Source: Vezdaea acicularis
Lineage: Eukaryota
Length of the DNA: 64,000 nucleotides
NCBI GenBank assembly: GCA_026025075.1
Contig: JAPEUI010000020.1
Location: forward strand, 1 to 64,000
Direction: 5' to 3'
Shown here: one piece after another, positions 1 through 12,062 of the stretch
Numbering within the stretch: position 1 is the first letter of the stretch
How the letters are laid out: each line of letters opens with the position of its first letter
The notes under the pieces: generated by a model
Database searches by the model: none
Told to the model about the DNA's origin: nothing
The model's input: only the letters and a program-made list of their open reading frames with translations
Position numbers and translations under genes: made by a program

Positions 1-127
1 CATCGAGCCGTTCATCGACCGAATGCGCGAATCACCGCAGGCCTCTGCCCAGCGCCATCGGCCCCCCGACCAGGCATCTCTCCCGAATCGTGGCTTGCCA
101 ACCACAATTTTAAAAGACGGGGGGGGG

Positions 128-3100
128 ATGAGCACAGACTGGTTGCGATGTTGGCTCCATCTCATTTGGCCGACGCTGATTGCTCGAAGGGGCCATACGG
201 TAATGATCGGCTACGAACTCGAGTAGCAGGGGGGGGGGGGAGAAGACCTCTTCACGTAAACTGTCCTACATGTACTCTCCAACATCCCGTATTCTGCATG
301 CTCCCTAGCATGCTTACCCTTTCTCTATGACTTCAATAGAATGCGCCTGATGATGGACCTTTTGTTCATCCTGCCATCGCGTCCTTCTTCGTCGTGACAA
401 CGTCTGCGCGCATGTCCCTCCTGCGGTCCGTACCGAAATGATAGATTCAGCCTCGCGATGGCTGTCATGGCGAAGTCCCGATATTCGGAGCAGGAGGTTG
501 AGGAGCCAGAGGAGCGGCGAGTCGGTGCGGACGCTGGCCGTGGAAGTGAACGCTCACGATAGCTCGATGCTGTCACCGTCTCGATCTGCGACAATGCCGG
601 GCAGCGGACGTAGCGGGAATGGATCCGTGACGCCCACGAGAGTCGTGTTCAACAGTGAGGAGCAGATGAAGCAGGCGCTGGCAGTGGAACATCGGAGGAA
701 CAGTAGGTTGCTGATGGGAGAGACGCTGTTGCCCTTAGGAAGCCATCCGGTGATGGTCTCGCCATGTCCGTCGCCTTCCTTCGATAAACCTTTACCTGCT
801 TCACCTCCCCACATGTCCGCTGGTCCCATCGAATTGCCCGGCTCCATACTGCAGACAAACGAGGGCTTTCCAAATGCAGGCGAATACTCGATCTCGCATT
901 GGGGGAGAGGCCCGGAGAAGCTGCCGCCGCACGTCTTGTTCGAGTTGGGTCTGTATCGGCCGCCGACGGCATTTCGAGTCGACGATGCTGCGTCGACCGA
1001 CACTCCCGCAAGCACGCCTGATTCTGACGTGCACGACGCAGCTGACGCGCGCGCACACTTCGACGAGATTGCATCGTACCGACGATACTCCGAATCCCCC
1101 GCGATCGAGCCACTCACACCACAAGAATCGTTCGCGGCATCCTTCCGAATATCCACCTTCGACCCAGATTACGGGCTTGAGAGTTCGAATCCATATCGGC
1201 AGGCCTCTTTGAGTTCGAGGACAACACAGGAAAGCTCTGAAACAGGGGCAAGTGGTGCAACGGGGACGGACGCGGAGAGCAATACTGGTACGGCCGACAC
1301 AAATACACCACCTCCGACGGAGACGCAGGACGAGATGCGGAAAATCTGGAGGCGTCTGTCTATGCCACGGACGGTGGAAAAGAAAAGTGTCACGGCTGTC
1401 TCTGAAGTAGTGGGAAGCACATCGAGAACCCCCACATCACATGAATCACCGACAGATAACGCAATACCGCAACCAAGATCCCTCGAATCGGTGCCAGAAA
1501 CTTCGACGGCTCGATCAACTTCACGAAGGTCCGTGGCAGAGAACGTAGTGCTGCGCTCCAACTCACATATACCGATCGTGCAACCTCCAATGGCTCGCTC
1601 GCCCTCTCAAGCGTCGACAGAAAATGACAACTTCCAGCATCGGATGTCATTCCGTCAAAGGGCAGATGCCGGAGCAGCAGTGCATTCTACGGAGGTACGC
1701 AAGATCTTCTTTCCTTCTTTGCTTTTCCCTCTTCCTCGTTTGGTTTCACCCTTACTCCTTTGCTTTTCCCCTTTCTCGTTTGCTTTTGTCAGGCCCGGTG
1801 CGTAAATACGGTACTAAAACGCCGCGTCCAGACGCTTGAGCAAAACATGCAGAATCGCGACGAGATGGACTCCCTAGGCGCTATCGAACGACATAACTTA
1901 GAGCTAGGCTTGGCCCATCAGCAAACCTTAGATAACCTTCACAATGGCTACCAGTCGAAGCTCGCCTCATTGAAAGTCTTGACCGAGTACTTCGACTATG
2001 TAATTAAATTCCCTGGAACGCAGGTTTATCCAGAGATTGAAAGGGTCCGGGCTGCAATCCAGCTCCTCCCGCAGATTGATGCAGAGGTCAGGCGGAGAAG
2101 CTCAATCGAAGCAGGTTCTACTCGTCATCGAAAGAATAGCAGCGTACCCAGTATAGTCGTCCTCGAGCCGTCGCCTGCCCCGACTCGTCCTACATCTGTC
2201 CGACGTTCGTCTCTATCTCTATCTGAACCTGGTGAAGACCTAAAGGCCGAATTGGCGAAAGAGAAGCAGCTGACCGCGCAACTCAAAGCGGAGCTCAACA
2301 GGTCAAAGAATTTGGAAGTGAGGACGAAGGAGACGGTGGAAAAGCAACACAAGATCATTTCCGACCTCGAAGTTCAAACGTTCTCTCTGAACCGGTCAGA
2401 TACCTCGCCGACTACTGACGAAGAAGCCGAGCACCGTCCCTTATCCAGAGTTGGGTCGACGAGTTCTGAAGACAATGCCACACATCTTAAACAAAAAATT
2501 AGAGATCTGAATGGAACTGTAGCAGCTCGCGACGAAGAAGTATCTGACCTCAAGACCCGTCTCGCAAGTGAAAAACAAGCAGTCCAATCTACATTTGCAG
2601 AATACCAGAGCAAGCTCATGCAGCTCAAGAATGCTGAGGCTGCTCATGAAGCCGACATCCTCTCGGTCGAGACAGCGAACCAGAAACTACGCCGTGAGCT
2701 CTACGCCGCAGAATCACACTATGAAGGCTACTTGAAGATGCAGAACGACCTCTCGGCCGTTCAAGCGCTGAATGAAAAGCATCAAACGGAAGTATCTTCC
2801 ATGCGCGAGAAGCTTGCTGATCGTGAAGCCGAGCTGGCTGCTCTACGAGCCATCGTCTCTACTCCGCGCGGTGGCGACCGTCGGAGTGGGCGCAACTCGT
2901 CGTTATCTCCAGGCAACATATCTGGGCCAGGCTCCACATTCGCGTCCCCATCCCTTGAGGGGCCGACGACGCCCTGCTCTGCACCAGAGAGCCCAGACGC
3001 AAAAGACGTGCCTTTGCCGATATCACCGGCATCATCTAGCTCTGGCTCAACAACCTTGTCTGGCCCATCTCCAAGGCTTCGTTCAAAGTTCTCGGGTGGC

Positions 3101-3838
3101 CTTCAAGGCATCCTAGAGACCATGGAGCCTCTCGCAACCTCTCCCTCTATTTCAAGACGTCAATCCGGAGCCAGCAACGCGCCTTATTCGCAAGGCTCCA
3201 ACACCAGTTCCACATCACTGGAGACTTCCGAGGCAAAGAGAGTGAAGGAGCTAGAAGATGCCGTGTTGGTCTATCTGAAGGAGATCAAACTCTACAAACT
3301 CGACTGCCGAGGCTACAAGAAGGATATTGCGGGCTTTATGGCGAAAGAGAAGAAGACCAAAGACCAGATCACTGAGCTGGAAAAAGAGATAGCAGGCTTG
3401 AAAATACAGGAGGAGGGCTACGAGGCGCGTATCGTCGACTTCAAGAAGCGACTAGACGCCAAGGCGGACGAGTACACGAAGGAGCTAGAAGGGCGGCTCG
3501 ACAAGGCTCTAGCGGAGAACGAGAACCTGCTGAAGCGAGTGTCGACGCTGAAGCACGAGAACGAGCAACTCGTGCTCGACAAGCCGCTGCTCGAGCAAAG
3601 CCTCCACGACAGGGAGAAGCAGCTTGCCACCTCCCTCTCCAAGAAAGAACTCCTCTACCAGCGTCTCCACCGCCGCGACCGCAAGATTCGTGAACTAGAA
3701 GAGCTCTTCCACCGCCTCGAAGAGGTGAATGCGAGACTGCGCCGGGGCGGGGCGGAGGAGATGGAAGAGAGCGACGTCATGGCGGCAGAGAGGACCCAGC
3801 AACCAGTGGGTCTTGGCATTCAGGAGCTCGACGCTTGA
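128..3838 (+). CDS. Large hypothetical protein: Ser/Pro-rich disordered N-half, long coiled-coil C-half (3 exons)
   Basis: ORFs 438..1805 and 1760..3838 join in frame via intron 1695..1831 (GTACGC...TACTAA...CAG; STE|TLEQN). An upstream exon (ATG 128, intron 200..339) also splices in frame. The C-half has heptad E/K/L-rich segments. Start codon uncertain. Confidence 0.7.
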
Positions 3839-4417
3839 CGGTCGTGGCTCTGGCGGGTCTAGATGGAGAATACTAAGCATTCGGGGTTTCAAGCGTATCC
3901 ATAAGGGTGGATTTTTTTCTCTTGTTTCCTTAAAGTGAATTCAGGCGGGGGCGTCGCATGGGTGGAGCGCATCAGCATATTTCCTGGCGTCTTTGTCTCG
4001 CCATCTGTGGCACGTTCCTCACATCGCATGTCGCGATCCCTTTATCACAGGTTTTAGTCTATGGAGCATACATCAAATCTTCGGTCCCGAGTGGAGATCC
4101 TTTTACTCCACTATCGCGTGGGTCCTCAGAGTGGAGAACAGAGCATTTTCTCACATGTTTTTCCGCGTCTGCAATCCACCACAGATCGACTCGGTCCCGT
4201 TCTAAGCCCCCAGTCGTATAGAGAGACACCCTCCCTATATAACCCCCCCCAAATTTCCTCGCTCTCTGCTTTCTTCTTGCTTTCGTTCACACAGCAGTGT
4301 TTATTTCCGCCCTACGCACTGGCCATTCCTTCGGCGCTCTCTGATACTCTCAGTGCTCTCCGATCCATTCACATAACAATCCCACAAACCAGCCCTCACC
4401 CCCCCCTCTCAAGCACC

Positions 4418-5251
4418 ATGCTCCTCACCAAACCGGTCCTCTTGGCCGCGAGCTTCCTCTACCTCTCCGCTCCAGCTCTCTGCGCCCCGGCATCCACCTA
4501 CGCTACTCCCTCCGCTATCTCCTCTTCTTCTTCCGCCGCTACCACCACCACCGCCGCCGCCACAGCAGCAGCTATCGCCCTCCCGCCCTTTACGAAAGAA
4601 TGGGTGTACGCGGCTCTGATGCGACTTCTGCACCATCAGCACCACAACGTGCCTCTCCCCATCTCTAGCATCCTACACGCCAGCTCCACATCCACCTCTG
4701 CTACCGCCTCTACTACGGTCTCTCATACGAGCGCAACCACGGCGGTGGTTACGACCAAGACGGCTAGTAAACCGCTGTATAAACTCCGCGTGTTGTCCTT
4801 CACGGATAAGGGGGGCGTGGATGTGGTTGCTGGGATAATGCCGCTAAGGGAGGGTCGGCATACTGTCACTGCCGCGGCCAGCGCGACTGGGACTACCAAG
4901 ACGACTGGGACTACCAGCACGACAAAGACTACCACCAGCAGGACCAGCACCAACCACGAGCTCGCCACCATCAGCCTCCCGACGGTCCTAAAACTTGTCA
5001 ATCCCACACGTAACAAAGCGGTGGTCGAGCTCGTTAGATTCAAGCCCTCGACCCTCACGACCTCCCTCATTCCCATGACCACAATATCCTCCCACGCCAA
5101 AGGCGCATTCACGGTCCACCTGGTCTCAGCGCCCAAAGCAACAGGCGCAGGCGCGGCTTCAAGGCTGATGTCGGTCTTTCGTAGGGGGAGCTCGGATGGT
5201 TGTTTATTGCTTGATTGGTTCCTCTTGGATTGCGTGGAGAGGTACAATTAA
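4418..5251 (+). CDS. Secreted Ser/Thr/Ala-rich orphan protein
   Basis: Internal ATG in CACCATG context begins a signal-peptide-like MLLTKPVLLAASFLYLSAPALCA. TATATAA at ~4236 is followed by a CT-rich leader. Thr/Ser tracts. Confidence 0.6.
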   Translation: MLLTKPVLLAASFLYLSAPALCAPASTYATPSAISSSSSAATTTTAAATAAAIALPPFTKEWVYAALMRLLHHQHHNVPLPISSILHASSTSTSATASTTVSHTSATTAVVTTKTASKPLYKLRVLSFTDKGGVDVVAGIMPLREGRHTVTAAASATGTTKTTGTTSTTKTTTSRTSTNHELATISLPTVLKLVNPTRNKAVVELVRFKPSTLTTSLIPMTTISSHAKGAFTVHLVSAPKATGAGAASRLMSVFRRGSSDGCLLLDWFLLDCVERYN

Positions 5252-5519
5252 TCATTAGATGGGATATCGTGTGGGGGGAGGGATGGGAAAGGGGGGAGGA
5301 AAGGTTGTTGTATGGCTGTATGGCTGGGTTTGGCGAAGAGCTAGAGAGGGGGGTTTGTGGGGTAAGGTTTCTGTTTGGGGGATGGATAGTTTCTTTGTTA
5401 TTAGAAGTTAAAGGTCATACTCGTTGATATGCGCGCTTTGCAAAATTCTATGTGCCAAGGTATATGGTGTCCAGCCTTGAACCCCATCCCTCCCACGCTT
5501 CCTCCCAAGAAACTGTCGA

Positions 5520-8500
5520 CTACTCCTCATCCACACGCGCCACCTCCTCCTTCCCTTCCATCCAAACCGCGGCTCTCAGCCTTTGCAGCCCTTCTCCCAG
5601 CCAGCCGGACCTCCGACCACTCACCCTCGCCCTCTCCGCCCACTCCAGGACCAGCCTAACATTCCACAAGGCATCGCGATTGCCGCTCTTAAGCGCCCGC
5701 ATAAGGGTCAGCTTCGCATCAACAACGGTCCCCTCGAGGCCCAAACCGACACTGGCGCCCGTCTCGCGGGGGACGATCAGCGCGCGCTCGCTACGCTCAA
5801 AGTCGCGCAGGGAGGGCAGGGTAAAGAGCCACTCCCAAGCCTGCTGGCTGACCTCCTGCTCGCCGAGGGCGAGCAAGCTGGCGTGGAAGATGGACGAGTC
5901 GTTGAGGGTGTCGTGTGCGGCGCGCTTCTTGACGAAGATGGTCTGATTTCTCGCAAAGGCGGCGCGGTGCGAGGGGTTCTGCGCAAAGTCGAGCACGACG
6001 CGCCAGTAGGCGGGCGACTTGGTTTCGACCGTGGCGACGTCGGAGAGTTGCGGGAGGAGGCAGGGGGCGCTCTGCATGAGGGCCTCGCCGGATCGGAGGC
6101 GGATCACGAGGGGGATGCTGACGGGGCGGTGGGTGGCTACGTCGCGGGCGACGAGTGTGCGGGGCTCCGTGGCGAGGACCCAGAAGTGGCGGAAGGCTTG
6201 GAGGTGCGATTTATTGTCGAGGATGTCGGTGGGGAAGAGGGGGTAGAACGCTGCAAGCAGTGATGCCACAGCGATGTCAGAGGTCCCCAGCGTAAAGTTC
6301 CCGCCACCCAGGAAGAGAAGACCGATTGCGATGTGTGCTGCCAGGTGGGAGCCGTATGGAGTGTCGATATCAACACGGCCATGGAGAGAGCGCAGCCGGC
6401 GGAATATAAAGAGGTCGCCAGTGCCCGCCATGATTGCAGCAGATGCAAGTGCGAGCAGATCTTGGCAATTGCGGACAGTATTGCGGGCGAGCTTCTGGTC
6501 GTATGTGAGGGCAGGTAGTCGGCAAAGGCGCATGAATTGGTCCAGGTAGTGGCCGAGGATGTTTCTTGCAGTCTCGTTGCCTGAGCCTGCAAAACGAAGC
6601 GCAATGGCGAGACAAAGGCCTCCAACGATGTTGAATAGAGGTAGATTGGCAGTGGTGAGATGTGTGATCGTTTTTAGAAGATAATGCGATTTGTACTGAG
6701 CGTTGTTTGGTAGGTTTGCCTCAATCCAGGGGAAGGAAGGTTGAATCTTGGACCACATTATCAAATGCTTCGCGACGGTCCGAAGCAGAAACACATCTGG
6801 GCGGACGTAATCGAACTGTAACACCGTGTCAGGTACATCGATTTTATGAGCTAACGCTTGATCCTGAGACTTCATGAAGATCAGAGCAATTGCCATTGTT
6901 GCAGCTGCTGTAGACCTATCGAGAATGTGGACGATATTGACTTTCTTGCTCCCTACCGCTATTGCGAGAAGGCGCTCCACAAGGCGCATGTCGTGAAGGC
7001 CTACAAGATCTTTCCCTCTTCCTAGGTTGATCAAGCCTAGTGCAAAACCTGCCGCCAGACGATAGCCTTCGTCGCGAAGAATATCGGTAGGCATTGACGG
7101 GTCTTCAATGTCGATATGTTCGATCTCGGACAGCATAACTTCACTCATACGCCGGTGTTGAGTATTGCAGTAAAGAAGTCCAATCCCCATGATGCCAGTG
7201 GTTTGCGTCAACGGAGAGAGATTTAGTTCCGCAGCTCCAGGCGGAAGCATCCTCGTGACATGTATAGAAAGCAGCCGGGTCACCAAGGTATCCATGGTTC
7301 CTAAGTAAGAAGCAGACAATCCCAAGAGCAGACCAATGGAGGTCATAGTATGCTTAGGAGTGAGGTACTTGAAGGCTACCCATTTGGCGATAGATTTCAG
7401 GTGCCCGTTGAGGCCGAGAGCGAGAAGAAATCCTGCGTGTCGGTTACTGAGTTCTTGAGGTTTATTATATACAATCCAAGAGGTATCAATGCCTTTTGCA
7501 TCCCTAGAAATGCTTAACCCGGCAGACACTCCCGCATGGAAGAAGGCCCAGCAGACTTTCTCCTCTGTGAAAGCGCTTCTATCAGCAGACACTGTATTAT
7601 TCGAGGGCTTCATAATACAGCTGAGGTTGAAGCCGGATATAGGGAATTTTTCTGTGAGAAGCGGCACTCGCGCGCTGTAGTATAATGGTCCTCTACCCGA
7701 AGGAACAGCGAGGGTTCTTATCGCCACTATCTGCACGAGCTCCTTCTGTGCTTCAAAGAGATCAGCCTCGTTCCAATCTGGCTCCGGCATGCATCTAGCG
7801 GTCGTGGTTTTCAGGGAATTCACTAGCCTTGATGCCTCTGCAAAACGGCGATCCTCTTTGAAGACTAGTCGTGTGATGGCTTGCCGGTCGATCTCTGTCG
7901 AACCGTCAAAAGCACCAACAGTTTCACTCTCTAGTGAGTAGTGACAAATACTGTGCACATCACGCAAAGCTTCGTGTGTTGGAGCCATGCTCCAACGCGA
8001 TACGTCAGCGCGATCATCATCAGCCGAGATAAGAATCCTGAGATCATCTCGTCCAACAAGACATAAAGCCCGGTCGTCCCATTTTGTTGGTGGGTTAGCT
8101 TGGCAATTTGAAATTGCCTCTCTAAGTGGAGTAAGAATTCCTTCTGGCAAAGACTCAAGCAGGGAAATATCGAACTGAGTCTTCGCCATGACCTCGATAA
8201 TGTCGGTCGAAGAATCTTTCACCTTATTAAGGCAACCAAACAGATAAGTGAGACGCGCTGTTCTAGGAGTGAGCTTATACCAGGGATGAGATGATGGGTT
8301 TTCTAGTGCCCACTCTGCGGAAGAGTGGCCTCCCGGCGTTAAGATGTCTTGAAGGGTCATAAAAGCTGGTTGTGAGATCCTGTTCAAGCTCTTCGAGATC
8401 CAGCTGTATATTGATGGGGGCTCGAAGGGCTGTGCGGGGACTTTGAACCCGGTAATGACTCCATCGTGGAAGAGCCACTGTTCCATGGAAACATCCTCCA

Positions 8501-11500
8501 GACTATAATATCCAGGATGCACCCAACCCCAATCATCCCAGCCCAGCCAAGTCCCAATCTGTGCAAGCACGGGTGTAAGTTTCTCGGCCCCAGAAAGCTT
8601 TGATTTTGCCGTGGACGTGTCGAGCTTAAGTTCCTCACGTAGGAGATGTAGTCCTACTAAGACTGTTGCTAACGCAGTTCGCCGCAACTCTGCATCCTTT
8701 CCGGCGGCTGTAGGCAAGTAGCCATTGTCGCCAGCAATTGGAACTCCTGCCGCAGATACGAGAAATTCTCGAGTGAGTGTGATGCACTCAACGAGAAACG
8801 AGTTTTTGCGACGGATGGATGAGATTGGTGGGGGGGCCGATTTAGGAAGTTGAGCCTGCTCATCAATAACAGCAGCAGAGAGTACTGCATCTTCTTCAGC
8901 AATCCAAGACCAAGAAGGCTCACTCATCCAGAGCGGTGCTGGGCTGTTGGAGCCGCTTTCTTCATCCAGCATAGCATCCCATTTCTCTAGGTCGATATTC
9001 GCTCCGCTACTTGATCTTAGCAATGCATTCTTTCGTCTTCTTTGCTTGACTGGTGACCGATTTGTTGCATTCTTGAGAAAGGGGACAGCCATCATCCACA
9101 AAACCATAACAATTGCCGTCCATTCCTCTTCTCCGTGTTTGTCCGATTTTTGGTAGAGCCAACGATGTGCTTCCCACCATGCCACTAGCAAGCTCTCTCC
9201 TCCTGTTCCGGGCAGAACCCATCGAAAAACGTCTAGGACATTCTGTACTAGAATATTCTTTGGCTTCATCTGTATGTTCAGTCTGTGTAATTTACCCTTC
9301 TCATCCATCACGTCTACATTGGCTTCGGACGATTCATGCTCAAGCCCCAGCAAGCACTTTGGGCCATCGCTGAATACCCTCTTCAGACTGCGTGCCTCCT
9401 TCAAGGGGGAGGCCTCCTGGCCAATCTGATAGGGATTCGACACCATCAGTCGCTCCGGAAGGTCAATCTTGATGACAGGGCTCCAGGGAGCTTCTAGGGT
9501 CAGTGAGCCATGACCATCTGGCGTCTCTGACAGCACCAGAAGACGTGAAATCTCCTTGTCTGTGATCTTTACAGCATCAATAATATTAGTTGCAACATGG
9601 AAATCAACAAATTCGGCCATAAATGAGTCCTGTTCAGATATCACATAATGGCTTTGCCTTCGGCTGCGAGAAAGAGAGAGCCTCTGGCGCTCTTTACATA
9701 CTTTCATATTGACAATAACAAGTCGTCGGGACTCTCTTTCAACGACGCACAATATGACAGATCTGTCCCCATCCTGGTGCATTCCATTCAATTGCGGCGA
9801 GAAAAGCGTAAAAGCCCGAGATTGCTGGGGCTGAGGTTGAGTCTGGGGAATCCCTACCTCCAAGGACTGCTCCATTGGTATACTCTTTACTGGCGTCATT
9901 ACAACCTCTTTCCTCAAGCTCTCGACAGACTCTTGCAACCCCATTTCCTCGAACCCTTCAAAGTCGCCCCCAGCATTGAGCTCCTCCAGTAAGTCATCAA
10001 CAGGAGTATCATGTATGCTAGTGTTCAAGACAGTGGAACTGTTTGAAGCCAGCGAATCTCGCACGCTCATACCGACCACGGTACCGAAGCTCGCTCGTCC
10101 AGCATGACCTCCAAGTGAATCTCCTCTTCGGAAGCTCCCAGCCACTCCGGGGATTGCATTCGCGCCATGGCTAGTAGCCAAATCGGTAAAAGCTAGCCTA
10201 TCATGGTTCGTAGAAAGATCAGTCCTTGCTAGAAGCGAGCTCACACGTCTCGACTGCTTCGCAGGAACTCCCCTGCCATCGAGATCAGGATCCAGTGCTG
10301 AAACGAGATCATTGGTCTCGCTCTTTTGGCCACCGGTGTTGCGTAATTTAGACAATAAGTTTCCACCCGGTGGTCCAAGGCCGTTCGCGTTCTTTTGCAT
10401 GCCACCGAAGCTCTCCCTCGGGTTATTTGGGGCATACATTACAGGAGTAGTAGCTCCAGTGCCTGCCCCAGGCCCGAGTGAACTACGGTGCTTGCTTCTC
10501 ATCCCACTTGGAAGTCTTTGCCGTGCGCTGTTCGAGCCTGTCTCGCCCTTGACATATGAAACGTTCCAGACCGTATACATACGGGTTTGGCTGTTCGCCG
10601 TTAATGCAAGAATGAGGTTATTACCTTCATTGGTAGAGGGAAGTACTCTAGAGTCCTCGTTACTGGAAGTAAGATAGATAAGGGTTTCCGCAGAGCTCAA
10701 AGGGCCCATTGACGTTTTAACAGATTCAGAGTTGCCAGAATTGGGACTTTTATGTTGGGTGAACGCAGTAACAACCAGACCCATTTCAGCCAAGGGGTCG
10801 GTCAATGAGAACAGACGTGGAAGATCCACGCTAAAGTCCCGACTATGAGGTTCTATCATGCTGCTTAAAAAAGTAGAGGGATTCCACCCAGGGAAAGGAG
10901 ACTTTGGCATGCCCCTAGTATCTTGCTGAGATCCTGGTAATGACCATAGTTGTGACTGTTGGGTTGAGATAAAGGAGTTTGGTGGTACGCTTGGTAGTGG
11001 AGCTGCAATCTTGGAGGCTTGGGACTTCGCTGGTACCTTTCTTTGAATGAAGAGACCCCGAGGTGCAGGGAGAACGGATTCCACCTCAAAAGGGAGGTGA
11101 ACAACATGGCTTGTTCCCGAGAGAAGATAAACGTGCGCTTGGCTCCTAAGAAAGACCACAATTGCTCGAGACCGCGAGTTCCGAAGAAAGGCTTTGGACC
11201 GCTGACTAGATTCAACATCTTTCTCAATGTTCGGAGTATTCTTCGCCCGAAGCTGAGCAGTATATGACTGTGCTTTCGTGGACCATCCAGAAGAGCGAGG
11301 CTGACGACCTCCGTTTGGAGGATGAAACATGTCCATTTCGATTTGCTCTTTTGCTCCAGCTCGGTTTTTGTCAACCCTAGCAGTATCCCTGGCGTTCTGA
11401 TCGCCATCTTCTGGAAACCACGTTAGCACTGCCTTGAGGACCTTCTCTTCTTCGACTTCAAAACGGAAAAGTCGCTGTACCACCCCTCCTCGGGACCAAA

Positions 11501-11675
11501 CAACACAATTTTCTGTGACGAGCAATTCATCCTGAACGCTGTAATCTCCACCGTCATGATCATAAGTTTGCCACCGGTAGAGGGTTGGGCTTGGTGCGGG
11601 CGGAAGTAGCGATTCTGAAATCAAGTATGGAACCGCCGAAGGCTTATGTATGCCGAGGGAAGTTACCACGGCCAT
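5520..11675 (-). CDS. APC1: Anaphase-promoting complex subunit 1 (BimE/Apc1), intronless, ~2050 aa
   Basis: N-terminal DELLVTENCVVWSRGG. PC repeats (WAFFHAGVSAGL, HAGFLLALGLNGHL, EGYRLAAGFALGLINLG). C-terminal HLQAFRHFWVLA. First ATG at 11675 (MAVVTSLG). Confidence 0.95.
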   Translation of the reverse strand: MAVVTSLGIHKPSAVPYLISESLLPPAPSPTLYRWQTYDHDGGDYSVQDELLVTENCVVWSRGGVVQRLFRFEVEEEKVLKAVLTWFPEDGDQNARDTARVDKNRAGAKEQIEMDMFHPPNGGRQPRSSGWSTKAQSYTAQLRAKNTPNIEKDVESSQRSKAFLRNSRSRAIVVFLRSQAHVYLLSGTSHVVHLPFEVESVLPAPRGLFIQRKVPAKSQASKIAAPLPSVPPNSFISTQQSQLWSLPGSQQDTRGMPKSPFPGWNPSTFLSSMIEPHSRDFSVDLPRLFSLTDPLAEMGLVVTAFTQHKSPNSGNSESVKTSMGPLSSAETLIYLTSSNEDSRVLPSTNEGNNLILALTANSQTRMYTVWNVSYVKGETGSNSARQRLPSGMRSKHRSSLGPGAGTGATTPVMYAPNNPRESFGGMQKNANGLGPPGGNLLSKLRNTGGQKSETNDLVSALDPDLDGRGVPAKQSRRVSSLLARTDLSTNHDRLAFTDLATSHGANAIPGVAGSFRRGDSLGGHAGRASFGTVVGMSVRDSLASNSSTVLNTSIHDTPVDDLLEELNAGGDFEGFEEMGLQESVESLRKEVVMTPVKSIPMEQSLEVGIPQTQPQPQQSRAFTLFSPQLNGMHQDGDRSVILCVVERESRRLVIVNMKVCKERQRLSLSRSRRQSHYVISEQDSFMAEFVDFHVATNIIDAVKITDKEISRLLVLSETPDGHGSLTLEAPWSPVIKIDLPERLMVSNPYQIGQEASPLKEARSLKRVFSDGPKCLLGLEHESSEANVDVMDEKGKLHRLNIQMKPKNILVQNVLDVFRWVLPGTGGESLLVAWWEAHRWLYQKSDKHGEEEWTAIVMVLWMMAVPFLKNATNRSPVKQRRRKNALLRSSSGANIDLEKWDAMLDEESGSNSPAPLWMSEPSWSWIAEEDAVLSAAVIDEQAQLPKSAPPPISSIRRKNSFLVECITLTREFLVSAAGVPIAGDNGYLPTAAGKDAELRRTALATVLVGLHLLREELKLDTSTAKSKLSGAEKLTPVLAQIGTWLGWDDWGWVHPGYYSLEDVSMEQWLFHDGVITGFKVPAQPFEPPSIYSWISKSLNRISQPAFMTLQDILTPGGHSSAEWALENPSSHPWYKLTPRTARLTYLFGCLNKVKDSSTDIIEVMAKTQFDISLLESLPEGILTPLREAISNCQANPPTKWDDRALCLVGRDDLRILISADDDRADVSRWSMAPTHEALRDVHSICHYSLESETVGAFDGSTEIDRQAITRLVFKEDRRFAEASRLVNSLKTTTARCMPEPDWNEADLFEAQKELVQIVAIRTLAVPSGRGPLYYSARVPLLTEKFPISGFNLSCIMKPSNNTVSADRSAFTEEKVCWAFFHAGVSAGLSISRDAKGIDTSWIVYNKPQELSNRHAGFLLALGLNGHLKSIAKWVAFKYLTPKHTMTSIGLLLGLSASYLGTMDTLVTRLLSIHVTRMLPPGAAELNLSPLTQTTGIMGIGLLYCNTQHRRMSEVMLSEIEHIDIEDPSMPTDILRDEGYRLAAGFALGLINLGRGKDLVGLHDMRLVERLLAIAVGSKKVNIVHILDRSTAAATMAIALIFMKSQDQALAHKIDVPDTVLQFDYVRPDVFLLRTVAKHLIMWSKIQPSFPWIEANLPNNAQYKSHYLLKTITHLTTANLPLFNIVGGLCLAIALRFAGSGNETARNILGHYLDQFMRLCRLPALTYDQKLARNTVRNCQDLLALASAAIMAGTGDLFIFRRLRSLHGRVDIDTPYGSHLAAHIAIGLLFLGGGNFTLGTSDIAVASLLAAFYPLFPTDILDNKSHLQAFRHFWVLATEPRTLVARDVATHRPVSIPLVIRLRSGEALMQSAPCLLPQLSDVATVETKSPAYWRVVLDFAQNPSHRAAFARNQTIFVKKRAAHDTLNDSSIFHASLLALGEQEVSQQAWEWLFTLPSLRDFERSERALIVPRETGASVGLGLEGTVVDAKLTLMRALKSGNRDALWNVRLVLEWAERARVSGRRSGWLGEGLQRLRAAVWMEGKEEVARVDEE

Positions 11676-12062
11676 CTCATAGGATGAAGAGTTGCGTTGG
11701 CAACTTCCTGGAGATAATTTGAGCCCATTGCTCAACCCAAATCATAAGGAACAGTAATACGCCCTCTGCGCGGGCGAGTATTTGCTGGGGCGTGTTGCGG
11801 GGAGTACGCGTGTTGAAAACCAAAGTCGCGTTCAACCTCAGTCCTTCGAAAGCAACGTCAATGGAGTTTCGATCAACTGCACGCATATGACCCGTATGCA
11901 ACAAGCCAAGTTAACGGGCATCATGTTCTACAAGCCCTGCGAGCATTCAATTATAGCTTTGTAGACCTAGAATTAGGAGCTCTCTCTAGAGCCTGCCCAT
12001 TACCTTCTAGCAGTTCGTTCCCGTTGACCTGCTAATTCAGAGCAAGCAACAACGCTATCGCT

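Noticed and set aside
228..240. Poly-G run (also ~47735-47752)
   Set aside because: Simple homopolymers in intron or 3'UTR; no evidence of function.
4061..4417. Upstream part of the 396-aa ORF
   Set aside because: Spans a TATA box and CT-rich leader; the signal peptide starts at ATG 4418.
11676..11735. 20-aa N-terminal extension of APC1 in the ORF track
   Set aside because: Begins at TTG; the ATG at 11675 gives a normal Apc1 N-terminus.
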